Source: Oopsacas minuta
Lineage: Eukaryota; Animalia; Porifera
Assembly: GCA_024704765.1 (NCBI GenBank)
Contig: JAKMXF010000299.1
Coordinates: forward strand, 1,216,863 to 1,280,862
Length of the DNA stretch: 64,000 nt
Direction: 5' to 3'
Shown: one piece after another, positions 51,661-64,000 of the stretch
Numbering within the stretch: position 1 is the first letter of the stretch
Layout: every line of letters begins with the position of its first letter
Made by a program: the position numbers and the translations under genes
The notes under the pieces: model-generated
Told to the model about the DNA's origin: nothing
The model's database searches: none
Seen by the model: the letters and a program-made list of their open reading frames with translations, nothing else

Positions 51661-54600
51661 GACGGATACTTCATGCCCAACAAGAGTTAGGACCTTAATT
51701 TACCACTACCTCAATTCAGTGGACATAGACAAGTATAAAACATTTTCGAAATGTAGTGAGAGTGAAGTTATGAATCCTAGTCTGCATTAAGTTGGGTCAG
51801 TTCTAACTCATATTATTTGCCCTAAATCCGGCTGAATTTAATTATTTTGATTCAAATCGATTATTGAAACATATTTCTTACGTTGGGATATTTTAGCAGT
51901 TGTGGGGAAGTACACATGTTGTTAATATCTAGGTATGTTAAATTACTTGTTTATAGTGATTTGATAATACAAATTCGATTGCTACCATCCAAATGTATCT
52001 ACTAACAGTATTATATCTAGATTAACGGTATATCAGAACAGTGTGAATATACTGTATATAGTCCTTACAAAATATGATTATTAGCAACCCATCCCTAAAA
52101 TATTTCCCTAAGATTGCATTCTTTGGAAATTTGTAGTTTTCTATGAAAAATTCCGCGTAAGATATTAGTGAGAACCAAATAGGTTATAATACAACATACC
52201 AATTCAGTAACTATCAATTCCAATCGAAAATTAGTAAATTGTATTGTCGGATGATGATGATGAAATTATCCTCTATTGTGCTCACAGAAATGGGATACAG
52301 TGGATTAGATAGCAGATGCTCATTAGAGTGAACTAACATGTCAATATTCTTCCTGTCTAAGCTATTGTTTCAAATGTCTGAATGTTTTGTAATTTTTCAT
52401 TTTTATTTAATTTTCGGAATTTGATTAGTCGCCTATTGAAATAATTTATTAAACAAAGGCAAAGCTGTAAGTTATGAAAATATAATCAACAAACGCCTGC
52501 ACTAGAATACACCATATACTTTACGGCACTAAATTGGCTGTTTTCATTTGGTTGCATTTGTAATATTTCTGCACTGGCGTTATAATCAAAATTTTAGCTA
52601 AATAATTTCTGGAGTTCTCATTTTTGAATAATATTTTGCATGGTGATACTTTCAAATATGGAAACCATTACTAGGTTTGAAACACTGCGGAATAGTTTTT
52701 CGGGTTTTACATAGAATTTAATCACTTCATAACCACAACTTTAAATATAATTATTCATTAATGATTCTTGCATTTATTGAAGTAGTATGAATAAGTGAAG
52801 CCTTATGCCATTGAATCTTTAGATTTCCAGTTTCTGAACAATTAGGAAAAGAATATAATGCTACCATAGTTTTCCAGCAGCATCAACATTTTTGCCTACT
52901 TTTCCTCCTTAGTCCCCTCTGTGATGTATGCTTCTGATAATATCGACATTTTCATCTAACATTGAATATTTTCAGTAGCCACTGCCTGCTATTAATCGAT
53001 TAATTCCTAGCTTTTGTGTACTACGAATTTTAACTTTGAGGTCAATACTTGAAGTTATTTTCATCACAACCCCTTTAAAATTAGTTTGCGGAAGGTAGCT
53101 ACCAAAACAGCGAGGAAATCCTCTATGTAATTGACTTCGATTTATCCATACATATTTATGCAACTAATTGACAAAATATTTCTGAGTAAAACCCACCCTA
53201 ACTGCTATCTTTTCCCACCCCGAATAGTATCCCCAGGTTACTCGGATAAAGAAGAGATTAAGCGGGAAGCGCTCCCGATAATAGAATCAGCCGGAAAATT
53301 TCACAGAACTCTCATGCGCGAGAGGTGTAATGTTAAGCATGATTCGACCTGTGGTACAAACCACGTACATCTCTCTTCAATACCGCTACCTTCCCGCACA
53401 GATCAACTACCCCCCAGTAATTAGAGATGTTTCCAATTCCCATTCTCAGAATACTGCTTATCCCTTTGAATATTTATATTTCTGCCGATGAAATAACTTT
53501 AGAGCTTCTCTATCGCATCAAATTGTGACATTGCAGTATGATACACCAATGTGTATTGAGCAATATCACATTCTTTGATTCCTTCACTTATATTCATCAT
53601 TACATTCAGCTCCTCCACACTCCGAATCAGTATCTCGCAGTACTCAGCTAGCACAACATGTATTCAGATTTGGTGGGTCGATGAAACAAGATAACTAACA
53701 GCCGCGTCACACATAGTGATTAATGCTTCTCCCTGGTCCTCATACTTACCCTTTCTTTAGAAATGATTAAGCTTTCGTCACTCACTTCGGGTCATCGCTT
53801 GATTTTCAATCCACCATTTATTCCAGATCATTCCTAATCGGAATAATTTTTTATGTTTTACTTCTTTCAGTTTCCAGAATTTGTAGTAACATATTCATGT
53901 CTGCTCTAGTTACGTCCCTTTTGGTCATCTTTATAGATTTAAAAAATGACTTGGAGCTTAATGGTCATCTAAAATCATAAGTTTCTACACCCTGGCAACA
54001 ATTAATTCTGTCTTTAGTTTTCGATCTTATTCCAGGAAAGGACTATTGCAGCAATTAGAAGTTACTTACCTGAGGATTCAACTACTGCCATTTTCTTCCA
54101 ACTCATTCATGTTTGGTGTTATCTCTGAAGATACTAAATATGAGTTTCTGGAAGGTTTGAGTAGTCACAATATTTGCTTATGTCCCAGACAATAAAAGCG
54201 ATTAATAGAAAATGATACTAATTATTGATACTTACCGATTTTCAAACAAATGGTACAATTAAGAAGATTTATCAAACATGGCAGTTAAAAGCTTTACTTA
54301 ACCAAATACGGAGGAAGTTAACGTTGGTAATGAACAGGAGAACTAAAATCATATAACTTCGTTTATATAATTCAAGCATCAAAAGCGAGAATTTAGCACC
54401 TTTTGAAGTCATAAAATCATTCAAAATGCAGTGACGAAGTCTCTGCTATATTTTTCCAACGAAATTGAAAATGAAATCGTTCTCTGCACGAATGTTACCT
54501 ATAACGCCACTAATTAGGCCTTTTTTCTTATCTTTCCCTAGATCTACATTCCAAAATGTAATTTTCATTGTGTTAGAAGTATATTTGAAATTTATTGGAG

Positions 54601-55497
54601 ATATTTCAAACTGAAACTGTCTACTTCATTGATTGAATTTCAAAACTATGAAAATACGACATTTCGCTTTGTCGCTTTTCCCAGCTTTGACATTAGAATA
54701 TCTCTCTAATCAATTGATTTTGTGTATAAATTTCAAAATTGGAGATATCTAATGAAACTATTTCGAATTTTTGTCAACCTAGATTTTTCATAAGCATTAG
54801 ATAGAGTTAGGAGTTACTTTAATATTTAAATCCAGGAGCAACTCTCTCAGAGTTGAAATTAGGACGGCCTGGCCGGAACCTCTCTTTGCTATGGAAATTA
54901 CCACAAAAGTTGCCCAAAATGACTGTGTCATAATACAGCAATATTTCCAATTACTCCACGATAACCGATTACTGCTGGAGTAATGGAAAGGAATACTAAA
55001 ATAATACCACTTCGTTTTAACCAATCCTCGCATCAATTAGATTTTCACCCTTTTGACCTCATAAAATCACACATTTTCTTGCCAGTATTTGCATTATTTC
55101 AAACCACTGCTCTATTCGGTTAGCTGGTTAGTCACCGCTTTATCAAGTTTACTGTTACGATAGAATCTCTTCCGTAAGCTGAAATGTGAATTTCCACCAA
55201 AATTTTTGTATTACTAGTGGTTTGTGAGATACGATTATGTATTCACTTTATTTGAGACCTGGTCAGTTCGTAAGATTATCTGACTATCTCATCAAATCTT
55301 TGATGAACTCATCAGAACGAATCGTCCGATTGCTTAATTGACATCTGATCTTCTATCGGAAGGGTATAGTATGTCATTACGTGAATTTTACAAAACCATC
55401 CACTTGAACTGCGGTTTCGGTCTAATGAATGGGGCCGTTTCCTAGTTGTCTTCTAGAAACTTTAAGATCTGAATCCATAATTATGATTAATACTATC

Positions 55498-56331
55498 CAT
55501 AGACTACTATATAATACAGATAGGAAACTAGCCGGGCAATGAATAAATAAGAGAGACAATATATGTATCTCATAAAAGTTAAATTAACCCTTCAAAATTG
55601 TGAATTAAACTTTTTTAGGGTATATTATTGCAATCCAAGATATCAGAAACTTGAAATCAAAGGCAGTTAGAAAATCTGAGGAATCAGTTTAGACTACCTA
55701 AATAGTTCAAACGGCCATCGTTCATCTAGTTTAGGTGCATTCAAATCATGACATCAAAATTCACACCAATCCTCATCAATAATATAATTTTTTACTTTTT
55801 GGAATTCTTGTATTTCAATGAATTAATGTCCTCTATTTATTCATATGGTAGAAATAATTAGCACGTTTTCTTTAAAATCGAATTCGGATCACATCTTCAT
55901 ATAATATTTTTGAAATTTCTTAAATCTATTTTGGTAAATATATTTTTCATGTTTTTCCATGAAATATTTCAGAAATTTTTCTTCCAATAAGCTATCTTTA
56001 AAACATGGGTTTAATTTGAGTGGAAGTACATTTACGAATTCAAAGAATATTTGCATAAAGTTTAAATAAATTACTTTTTCCAAAATATTTGAGAAAATAT
56101 TCAAATTATATAAATGCTAACGTCATCCCATAAATGGCGCCTAAAGAAATTAAGGATGGCCGTTTGAACTTTTAAGTAGTCTAAACTGATTCCTCACATT
56201 TTCTAACCGTGAAAAAGTTCAATTCACAAATTTTGAAGGGCTAATTTAACTTTTCTGAGATTTGTATAAATGGCCTCTCTTTTTATTCCTTGCTCAGCTA
56301 CCTTCCTATCTGTATGATATAGTAGTCTATC
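55498..56331. mobile_element. MITE with approximately 220-bp TIRs
   Basis: ATAGACTACTATATAATACAGATAGGAA / TTCCTATCTGTATGATATAGTAGTCTAT and GAGGAATCAGTTTAGACTAC...AACGGCCATC / GATGGCCGTT...GTAGTCTAAACTGATTCCTC; ACTATC is repeated on both flanks. Confidence 0.75.
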
Positions 56332-56907
56332 CACTATCTTAGGGTGAGATCTAGATCTTTCAGACCTGGGAAACACAGTTCATGATATTCTTCAAGATTT
56401 ATTAGAGGATTTTCTTAAGGATACCAAGACTGAAGATCTCAACCATCTGACACTTATCAAGAGGTCATTATGTTTTAGCAGGTTATATCTCGCACAGCTT
56501 GTTGGAGAGAACTAAATTGATGTTGTATCTGTATCCTTAGAGTAGACTCTTACCAAATCCTACGTTGATTGATACATTGAGGCCTACAACTTCCATCTTC
56601 GTCTCTTAATCCTTTTGTATCACAATTATTCGCTGTACTGAAATTCACAGGATCAAAATAATTCTTTCCAAATTCCCTGGTAGCAAGTGGCTGTCTACCA
56701 TTTTTGGTTAGGTTTTCAGTTACTTGGGATTTTTGTCCAGTTTATTGCACAGACATCTCTATAATCATATTTTAATCAAAATATAATTCAAAAACTAATC
56801 TAAGTAGATTAGCTAAAGAGTAGAAAAGAACGTGTTGGGATATTTATGTTAAGATTGCTAACCAAGGAATGATTTCCAGTAATCAGTTACGCTTTATTTA
56901 TAGATTA

Positions 56908-59155
56908 CACAGGCCTACACTTTTTAGTTGTATTGATTTTGTCAACTGATGTATATAATCCTGGGTTGCTGATTCCGATTATTTAGTCAGTTTCTCCCTA
57001 ATACGTCAAGTTATCTCACAATCCTATTACTACATTTATAGAACAAAATTGGTTTTAACCCTTATATGTTAGATTGGATCAATTAAATTTCTGAAAATAT
57101 CAATATTTCATTCACTGGGAATAATGATATAATTGTTACTAATATGAATGGAAGAAAGTGATACTATAAACATGTAATATGAGCACTATTCAATCTAAAA
57201 ATTTCTCTTGTTTGTCTTTCTTGAATGTTGTTCGTTAGGGCAATCTCTTTTTAGGCACCAACAGTAATCTGCCATCATATGTGTGTCCCATCTTCATTGA
57301 TATCGCTGTTCCATCACTTTTATGTCTTAATGGAATCGTTCACCTTGTTCTTCACTCATATCACCTGGAGTATCCGGAAATCTATCAAGATGCTCTCTCA
57401 AATAATGAATTTTAAACTACTCATATTACAGCCAAGAGCATGAGAGCTGTCGACAAACTCTGTGACTAGTTCTTTGTAGTTGGATGCCTTTTTATTACCA
57501 AGGAAATTAGAAACGACATTAGAGAAAGCCTGCCACGCTCTCTTCTCTTCCTGGTTCATTGAATCTTTGAAGCTGTTGCCTCTAAGTAACTTGCGAATCT
57601 GTGGACATTCAAATATCCCTGCCTTTTTCTTCTCTTCACTGATTTCTGGAAAATAATTTCGGATATACTTGAAACAATGTCTGTATTTATCCAGTGCTTT
57701 GATGAATTGCTTCATTAAACCAAGCTTAATGTGGAGAAGGGGCAGAATTATTTTATTTGTATGTACCAGAGGGTTATTAATTACATTTTTGTCCCCAACT
57801 TTCAAACATTCTCTCGGAGGCCACTTTTCCCTTATCCAATGCTGGTTCCTATCTCTACTGTCCCAATAACAAAGAAAACAAGGGGAACTTAGTGAACCCA
57901 GATTGTTGTCCTAATAGAAAGTTGACCATTTTGAGATCAACCCAGATGACCCAATCATGTGCAGAGTAGTTGATAACCTCTAATATCTCTTTCACATAAT
58001 TATACTCCTCTTTGAGTTTAACTGAATATCCTATAGGAATTGAACCGAATATATTTCCATTATGGAGTAATACACATTTCAGACTCCTTTTGAAGCTGTC
58101 AATAAACAGCCTCCAGTCACTTGGATTGTAGTTCGGAACTCCCATTGCCAGTAGAAGACCCTCAACATTTGGACAAAACACCAAACCATTCCTTTCGCAG
58201 AAATACTGTTGAAACTCATGCTCCCTGTAACGATATAATGTTACCTTTGTTCCTTGATGGAGTAGATTCTTTTCTTTCAATCTAGATACAAGCAACTCAG
58301 AAGATTCTTTCGAGAGGGGTCAAGGTCACGAATTAAATCATTTAATTCCGCTTGGTTAAAGAGAGAAGGCTCCGAGGAAGGACCTTGAAAATCGACATCA
58401 TATTCACAGTCATGATCATTGACTTCTTCCGAATTGGCACCATCTTCATCATCATAGAGTCCGAGAAACTCTGTGAATATTGGTACAGGTAGATCACTTC
58501 AATGAGGGACTGGTCGAATAGTAGATTCTAATTTGGGTAATTCAGCAGGTGTCTGTCACTCTTTTTGCAGCCCATAACATTTACCATGCAGAAATAACAA
58601 TCATTGAAATGAGTTTTTGATTCTCTCCCAATCATAGGAATTCCGAAAGGGAGGTGTTTCTCTCTACCCTTACTCCAAGACCTCAATAATTCTACACAAA
58701 ATTTATGGACCTTATGAGTTGCCCAACTTTTGTCCTAGTCGCCCAGCTTAACTTTGAAATACGTATGGTGAGCTCTATTCACAAATTCAGTAATATTCTG
58801 CATCTGAAGTTTCGGAGTATAATAACCACAGATATAACAAAAAATGTCTGGAGAATTGAAACACTTTCTTTTCGACATATCAACAAAAAGGAATAACAGG
58901 CTAGTTAATAATCAATAAGCAAATAAGACTATTTGAGTATATACTATGTACATAATGTTGTTGTTGTAATATGTAATCATGATAAATTTTTGGCAAAAAT
59001 CGAAACTTTTCTGAAAATGTTGCTATATTGTTGTGAAAAAAACTGACGTGATAAGAAAAAACTGAATAGATATTCAGAATCAGTGCACCTAAATTAGTCT
59101 AAATCAGTGATCATAAATTAAACAACTGTAATATAACATTTTTTGTAGGCCTGTG
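56908..59155 (-). mobile_element. Chapaev3 (CMC superfamily) transposon; transposase pseudogene 57190-58878
   Basis: TTA|CACAGGCCTAC...GTAGGCCTGTG|TTA with a 3-bp duplication. Motifs MSKRKCFNSPDIFCYICG, WRLFIDSFKRSLKCVLLHNGN, DLKMVNFLLGQQSG, LHIKLGLMKQF and MMADYCW. Confidence 0.9.
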
Positions 59156-59538
59156 TTATTTATATGTATTTCGCCATCTTATTCTGCACTGGCCAATATA
59201 CTGTTTAATTAATAGTAATCATTCAAGACAATGACTCAGAATTTATGTATATCGTATATACGCGAAAAGTTGATAACTTCTGAAGTTGTCACAAGGATAG
59301 CTTGTGTTGTGACAATAACCTGGTTGATACAAGGGTTGTTCAATAAATAGTGAGACTTTTTTTCATAATTCATATAGTAAACCTATACTTATCATGGTTG
59401 TTTATCAAATGTTTCGATAAATTCGCCCTTCAACTTTATACACCGTTTCCATCGTTCTGATAACTTTTCCAGCCCAGTGGTATTGAATTCTTTGGGGGTT
59501 CCTTTTCCCATTCTTTTATTTCATACTCCAGCAGTTTG

Positions 59539-62500
59539 CTCAGTGCATGAAATAGCTAAAATCTAGAAGTAGGTATAGGGCACTAGATAACGTATTAAAC
59601 TATGTTGTTGACATATGGGGAATCGTACCCAAGGAATCGATTGATGTAACTAGATTTTTTCTAAGTCTTTGGGTATGGAAGTAATGACGTCATTGTCACA
59701 TTCAAAAATATTTTGATCTTTTATCGATTTTAATTAAGCCAATTTGTGAGTTATAGGTTCAGAAATTGAATGCTTTATGCTTTGATATTATTAACATTAT
59801 TTAATGTACATTTTTATCAACTTATGAAACCATATTTTTTGTTAAGATTACCTACCGTTCATTGAACTACAAACTATAACGTATTTATAATTTGAGAATT
59901 CACCAAAATATCTTGACAGCTCTTTAACTCAGATAGATATGGCTCCGAATCGTTTTTGGCAATATTTCGAAAGGATGCTAAAATTGGATCACTTTGAGAG
60001 ACAAGCCCGACGAACACATCTTTAACGTTGTCCTAAAGCTAAATTTTCTTGAGAGGCTCTCACGGTATCGCCTGACCAATTTATTACAAGATTCAAGGCC
60101 TTCTTCAGACGACTCATCTAAGCCAAAGCCATCGTTATCATCTGCAATTATTTGTGGTACATGGGCTAGAGGTTTATGTAAAATAGGGGTTATATGTGCC
60201 CATGAAAAATTGATTACAATGGATTCGTAAGTTTCTCGGCATACATTATCAAGGCCTTCAGTATCTACTTTCCTGTTGCTATTATATAATCTCAGGATAG
60301 CACTCAAGTTATTAAATATTGTAGTGACAAATTGATGTGTCTCTTGAAGAACAACCGTCAATACCCAATAGAGAAAATCTTGCACAGTATCATCGCTACG
60401 TGTGAAGAATCTCCGAAAATTATTTCCAGTTGTGCTGGCTCCTCCTTGGACTGATGATGTGTCAATGGATATACTAAGTTTTCTTTTGTAAGGCTAGTAA
60501 TAAATTTCTTGGTCCCAAGAATTATTGGCGAAGTTGGTGACCATTTTGAATTGCACCACACTGTAAATGGCAAATCAATAATAGGAACCAACTAAATGTT
60601 CTTAAATATGCATGTAGAGGGGAAGTTGATATGATATCCTTTTCCGAGATTGGTTTGTGTGTTAAATTGAATCTTTGATTTGTTGGCAAAGATAAAAATT
60701 CTTCCTCATCAACCTCATCAAATACATCACTTACATCACGGATAGTCCTATTTATGGGAAAGCCATTTTGAACTATGCTAATATCGTGTAACTGTTGGAA
60801 CATTGCAGTACACATTTGACAATTAACACCACCAGCACCGCTTAAGATTTTTGCCATCTTTGTATCGAAATGAGATCTTATGATCTTGACCTCTGCATTA
60901 CCATTGTGTAAACACAAACCACTCTCTTCAATAGTTGAAGTTTCGTTATTTATTAATGAGTTCATCTAAAACTTGACACTCTCTTCATTTTCTGGAGGGC
61001 TAAGAGGGCAACTGGTCGAGTGCAAAATGGCGAATTTGGATGATGAGGTTTCCATAGGATATGATCATTTGCACTTATGATTGCGTTAACCTTGAAACCA
61101 AATAAAATGAAGGTTTAGTCGGGAGGTCAGGGTTAGATATAGCTAGCTGGTAAACTCGATGACACCCAGATCTATCTAAGCCATCGGATACTCGAACTTT
61201 AAACGGATAGACAAGGTTATCAGGACTTAAGTTAGATACAATTCGGTCAACTGTATGGGTGAGTAGTCTGGTGTAAGAAATACCTACTCCACATGGAAAT
61301 TCTCTATGAATTATACGCACCTCATCCAGCAAATTAATTTGAGCCCGATGTTTAGCTACACTATTGTAGCCTGGTAACTTGAGATCTTCAGATAGTAATG
61401 TACACCGAAGTTCTAAATACTTAGTTTTCCCGATCTCAAGCGAATCGAAAAGAAAGGCAGATTTATCAAGTGATAATTGTGGATAGATAGGAGATGAGTT
61501 TCCCTTCTCGAGTATCTCTTTACAAACATTGGCACTATTCATGTCCTGCTCTTCATTGCAACAAAGTAGTAAGAATAAGTTGCAAGAGTCTTTGGAGATA
61601 CATGCTCGTTTTCAGCGACTGATTCGAGGTGATACTTAAGAGAAGAGAGCCGATTTCTCAAACCTTTGGTTATTAAGTCAGCGAGCGATTTCTTTTTTGG
61701 GGAAAGATTAAAGTCTTCTTCAAAGTTAATGGTTAATGAAGAAGAGGCACTTAACCTAGGCTTCTTTGGCAGAGGACAGAAGCACATGGAATTCCAAGTA
61801 TCAAGGTCCGAATATTTATGAAAAGAGGCTCTCTCTTTTTGAATATCATTGAACTTCAGACGAAAGAAATTTTGCTGATCTCGATCAAAACAATGAGTTT
61901 AAATATATTGGTCTGCGATTGAACGAGTGCTAAGTAATTTGTGCTCACGATAAAACTGAAAAGGTTGAAGGTTGTTCATTTTCTAGATAATTAATATATT
62001 AATTATTAACAATATTGTAAATACAGGGCAAAAGGTAAGATTATATATATATACATGTTTGTTTATAAGCTTATAAAATACATTCTGAAATCTAAGAATT
62101 TAGGACTTTTGACGAAACTTTTTCTTATAGTAGAAGAGTGTTGATTTTTTAATGGAATCTTTGTAAAAATACGTGATGGGAACATTTATTTATATTAATT
62201 ACAAGCTGAATTTTGTAAACACAAGCATAAAATTGTAAATAACTTTACGTTTTGATTATATCGCTAAGCAACCATAATATTTATATACATTTTTGAAAAG
62301 AGAATTTTTTAGAATATTAGATTAATTCAAAAGTTCATTTGATTGAAACAATATTTGCACGAATTTTCGGGACCTGGAAATTGTTGTATTTTATAGAGAA
62401 TTAAAAATGCTATATTATAAAACTCAGGAGACAACTTGACAGAACGCGACAGATGAAGTTATGAGACTTCGAAGTTGAGTGACGACAGAAATATCCAACT

Positions 62501-62833
62501 GAAAAATTTATCAAAATATTTCTCCGCTTATATAATCACTATAATAAGAGAGTAGTCAAAATGCAATGGAATGAAGTCTTTGGAATGTATTAGTTGCTTA
62601 GATACTGGAATTTAAGTTCATTGATATAAATGAATATCTGTGGTTTTCAAGAATAATTTCTGAGCAAGAAATTGTAATGCTTATACACATTCCAGTTGTT
62701 CCTAAACTAAATGATGGATCATAACAATTTTAGATATTTCAAGTAATTGGGTATTTCTCTTTCCAATGAACTTTAAATGTTTACTAAATATCGGAAAGAA
62801 ATTTTGACCAATTTCCAGGGGTGTGCCACTATG
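59539..62833 (-). mobile_element. Transib/RAG1-like transposon (3295 bp)
   Basis: Perfect 5-bp duplication GTTTG (59534-59538 and 62834-62838); ends CTCAGTG... and (reverse complement) CATAGTG...; RAG1-core-like transposase inside. Confidence 0.88.
59880..61979 (-). pseudogene. RAG1-core-like (Transib) transposase, frameshifted
   Basis: ATG at 61979. VSDGLDRSGCH (D600-like), SHFDTKM (D708-like), CQMC and LHKPLAH (Zn ligands), SEEGLESCNKLVRRYR (E962-like); LAHVPQII compared with RAG1 LAHVPEII. Several stops and frameshifts. Confidence 0.85.
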
Positions 62834-64000
62834 GTTTGGAATCCTCAAATCCCTTCCCTCGAAGAGGTTTCTTCATCTCTCCATACAGCCAGTAGTCGCT
62901 TGGAGCCAGGTCTGGACTATACGAAGGATGAGTGAGGCATTCGAATCCTAAGTCGTCAATTGCAGCCATTGTCATGAAGCTTACATGGGGGCCTTGCGTT
63001 GTCATGTTGCACCAATGCGTCACGTGTCAACTTGCCTCGCCTCTCACGTTTGATCGCTTGACGCAATTCTTTCAATTCGTTAACGTAATGATTACTGTTT
63101 ATGGCTGTTTTCTCAGGCAATCAGTCGATGTGTATAATTCGTCCCTATCCCGAAATACTGTTGCCATTCTCTTCCCTGCTGATTTTGCGGCCTTTACCTT
63201 GATGGATACAGGTTCATCACGTCTCTTCCACTGCTTCGATTGAGTTTGCTCTCTGGTTCATAATCATGAAACCAAGTTTCATTCCCCGTTACTATACGAT
63301 CCAAAAAGTCTTCCTCTGCCTTGTATCTTGAACGTAATTCTTTGCTCACTCTGACCCTTTTGTGTTTTGCTCTTTTGAAAAAAGTTTTGGGACCCAACGT
63401 GCAGTTACCTTCGACATTTCCAGATCTTCAGTGATAATCGAGTGTAGTGTGGCTTTTGATATACCTACCCTCTCTTCTACCTCTTGCAGGGTTATTGGCC
63501 TGTCTTCGTCCAAAATTGTTTGGACCCTCTCGATATTACTACGGGCATTTGAGGAAGTCGGACGACCTGGACCACTGTCATCGTGGAGGTCCTCATTGCC
63601 ATTATCAAAACGTTCCATCCATCTTTATATGTTTGCTTTCGAAGGACATTCAACACCGAAAATATCCTGCATTTCACGAAGAGTGTATGAGCCAGTCTTC
63701 CCCTTTTCTACAGGTACCAAATTATTTGTCGTTTTCCTTCTTTGCTAAAATTCATTAGTTGAAAAAAAATAGCCTATACAAATGAAACTTTATGCTGAAG
63801 AATATCCTAGTAGAGTAAAGAGTATATTGTATCGAAGTTAGACAATATAAGTTAGGCTTGTAATCTGATATTCGCTTAGGGCTGTATTAACTAGAATATG
63901 AATTCGATACATTAGTCTCATTACTTATTGAACAACCCTTGTATCTAAGGACCTGCTGCAGCTGGGGGCATGTTCACTAAACTACTTAAACTTAAATATT

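Larger units (their letters stand above)
59330..63941 (-). mobile_element. Mariner copy 2 (same family as 11110-12419), split by the Transib insertion
   Basis: TA|CAAGGGTTGTTCAATAAATAGTGAGAC and GTCTCATTACTTATTGAACAACCCTTG|TA. Segments 59330-59538 and 62839-63941 rejoin to 1312 bp, collinear with copy 1 (1310 bp). Confidence 0.92.

Noticed and set aside
53000-53900. RTE/CR1-like LINE remnant (similar traces near 49900-50300 and 56340-56620)
   Set aside because: Probably retroelement debris, but no motif could be read clearly enough to annotate.
54075-54200. SPT16 exon 3 candidate (FGVISEDTKYEF)
   Set aside because: Weak similarity only; no phase-1 acceptor, and a stop follows without a suitable donor.
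56908-62833. Functional link between the adjacent Chapaev3 and RAG1-like Transib as a proto-RAG assembly
   Set aside because: Each has its own ends and target duplication, and a mariner segment separates them. The proximity is best explained by transposon density.

Overview
AT-rich eukaryotic DNA, animal-like and probably invertebrate; the species cannot be determined from the sequence. Most of the window is intact, decayed or nested DNA transposons: mariner DD34D (six copies), Tc1, an intact-looking maT/DD37D, several hAT lineages, Ginger1, a Ginger2/KRBA2-type element with its MITE derivative, Merlin, Chapaev3, a RAG1-like Transib, a MULE derivative and an unclassified long-TIR CxxH transposon. 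There are also faint LINE/Penelope remnants and no recognisable LTR retrotransposon. The one recognisable host gene is SPT16 (FACT large subunit, + strand). Its coding exon 1 (26264-26519) and exon 2 (48296-48466) join in phase 1 across an intron of about 21.8 kb filled with transposons; later exons were not found. The two most notable observations are (1) a Ginger1 element (42645-46088) carrying, behind an intact-looking D35E integrase, an ORF with the motif pattern of a USP/peptidase-C19 deubiquitinase, and (2) a RAG1-like Transib (59539-62833) with heptamer-like ends and a perfect 5-bp target-site duplication, which splits a mariner. Family assignments come from motif recognition by eye; no database search was run.
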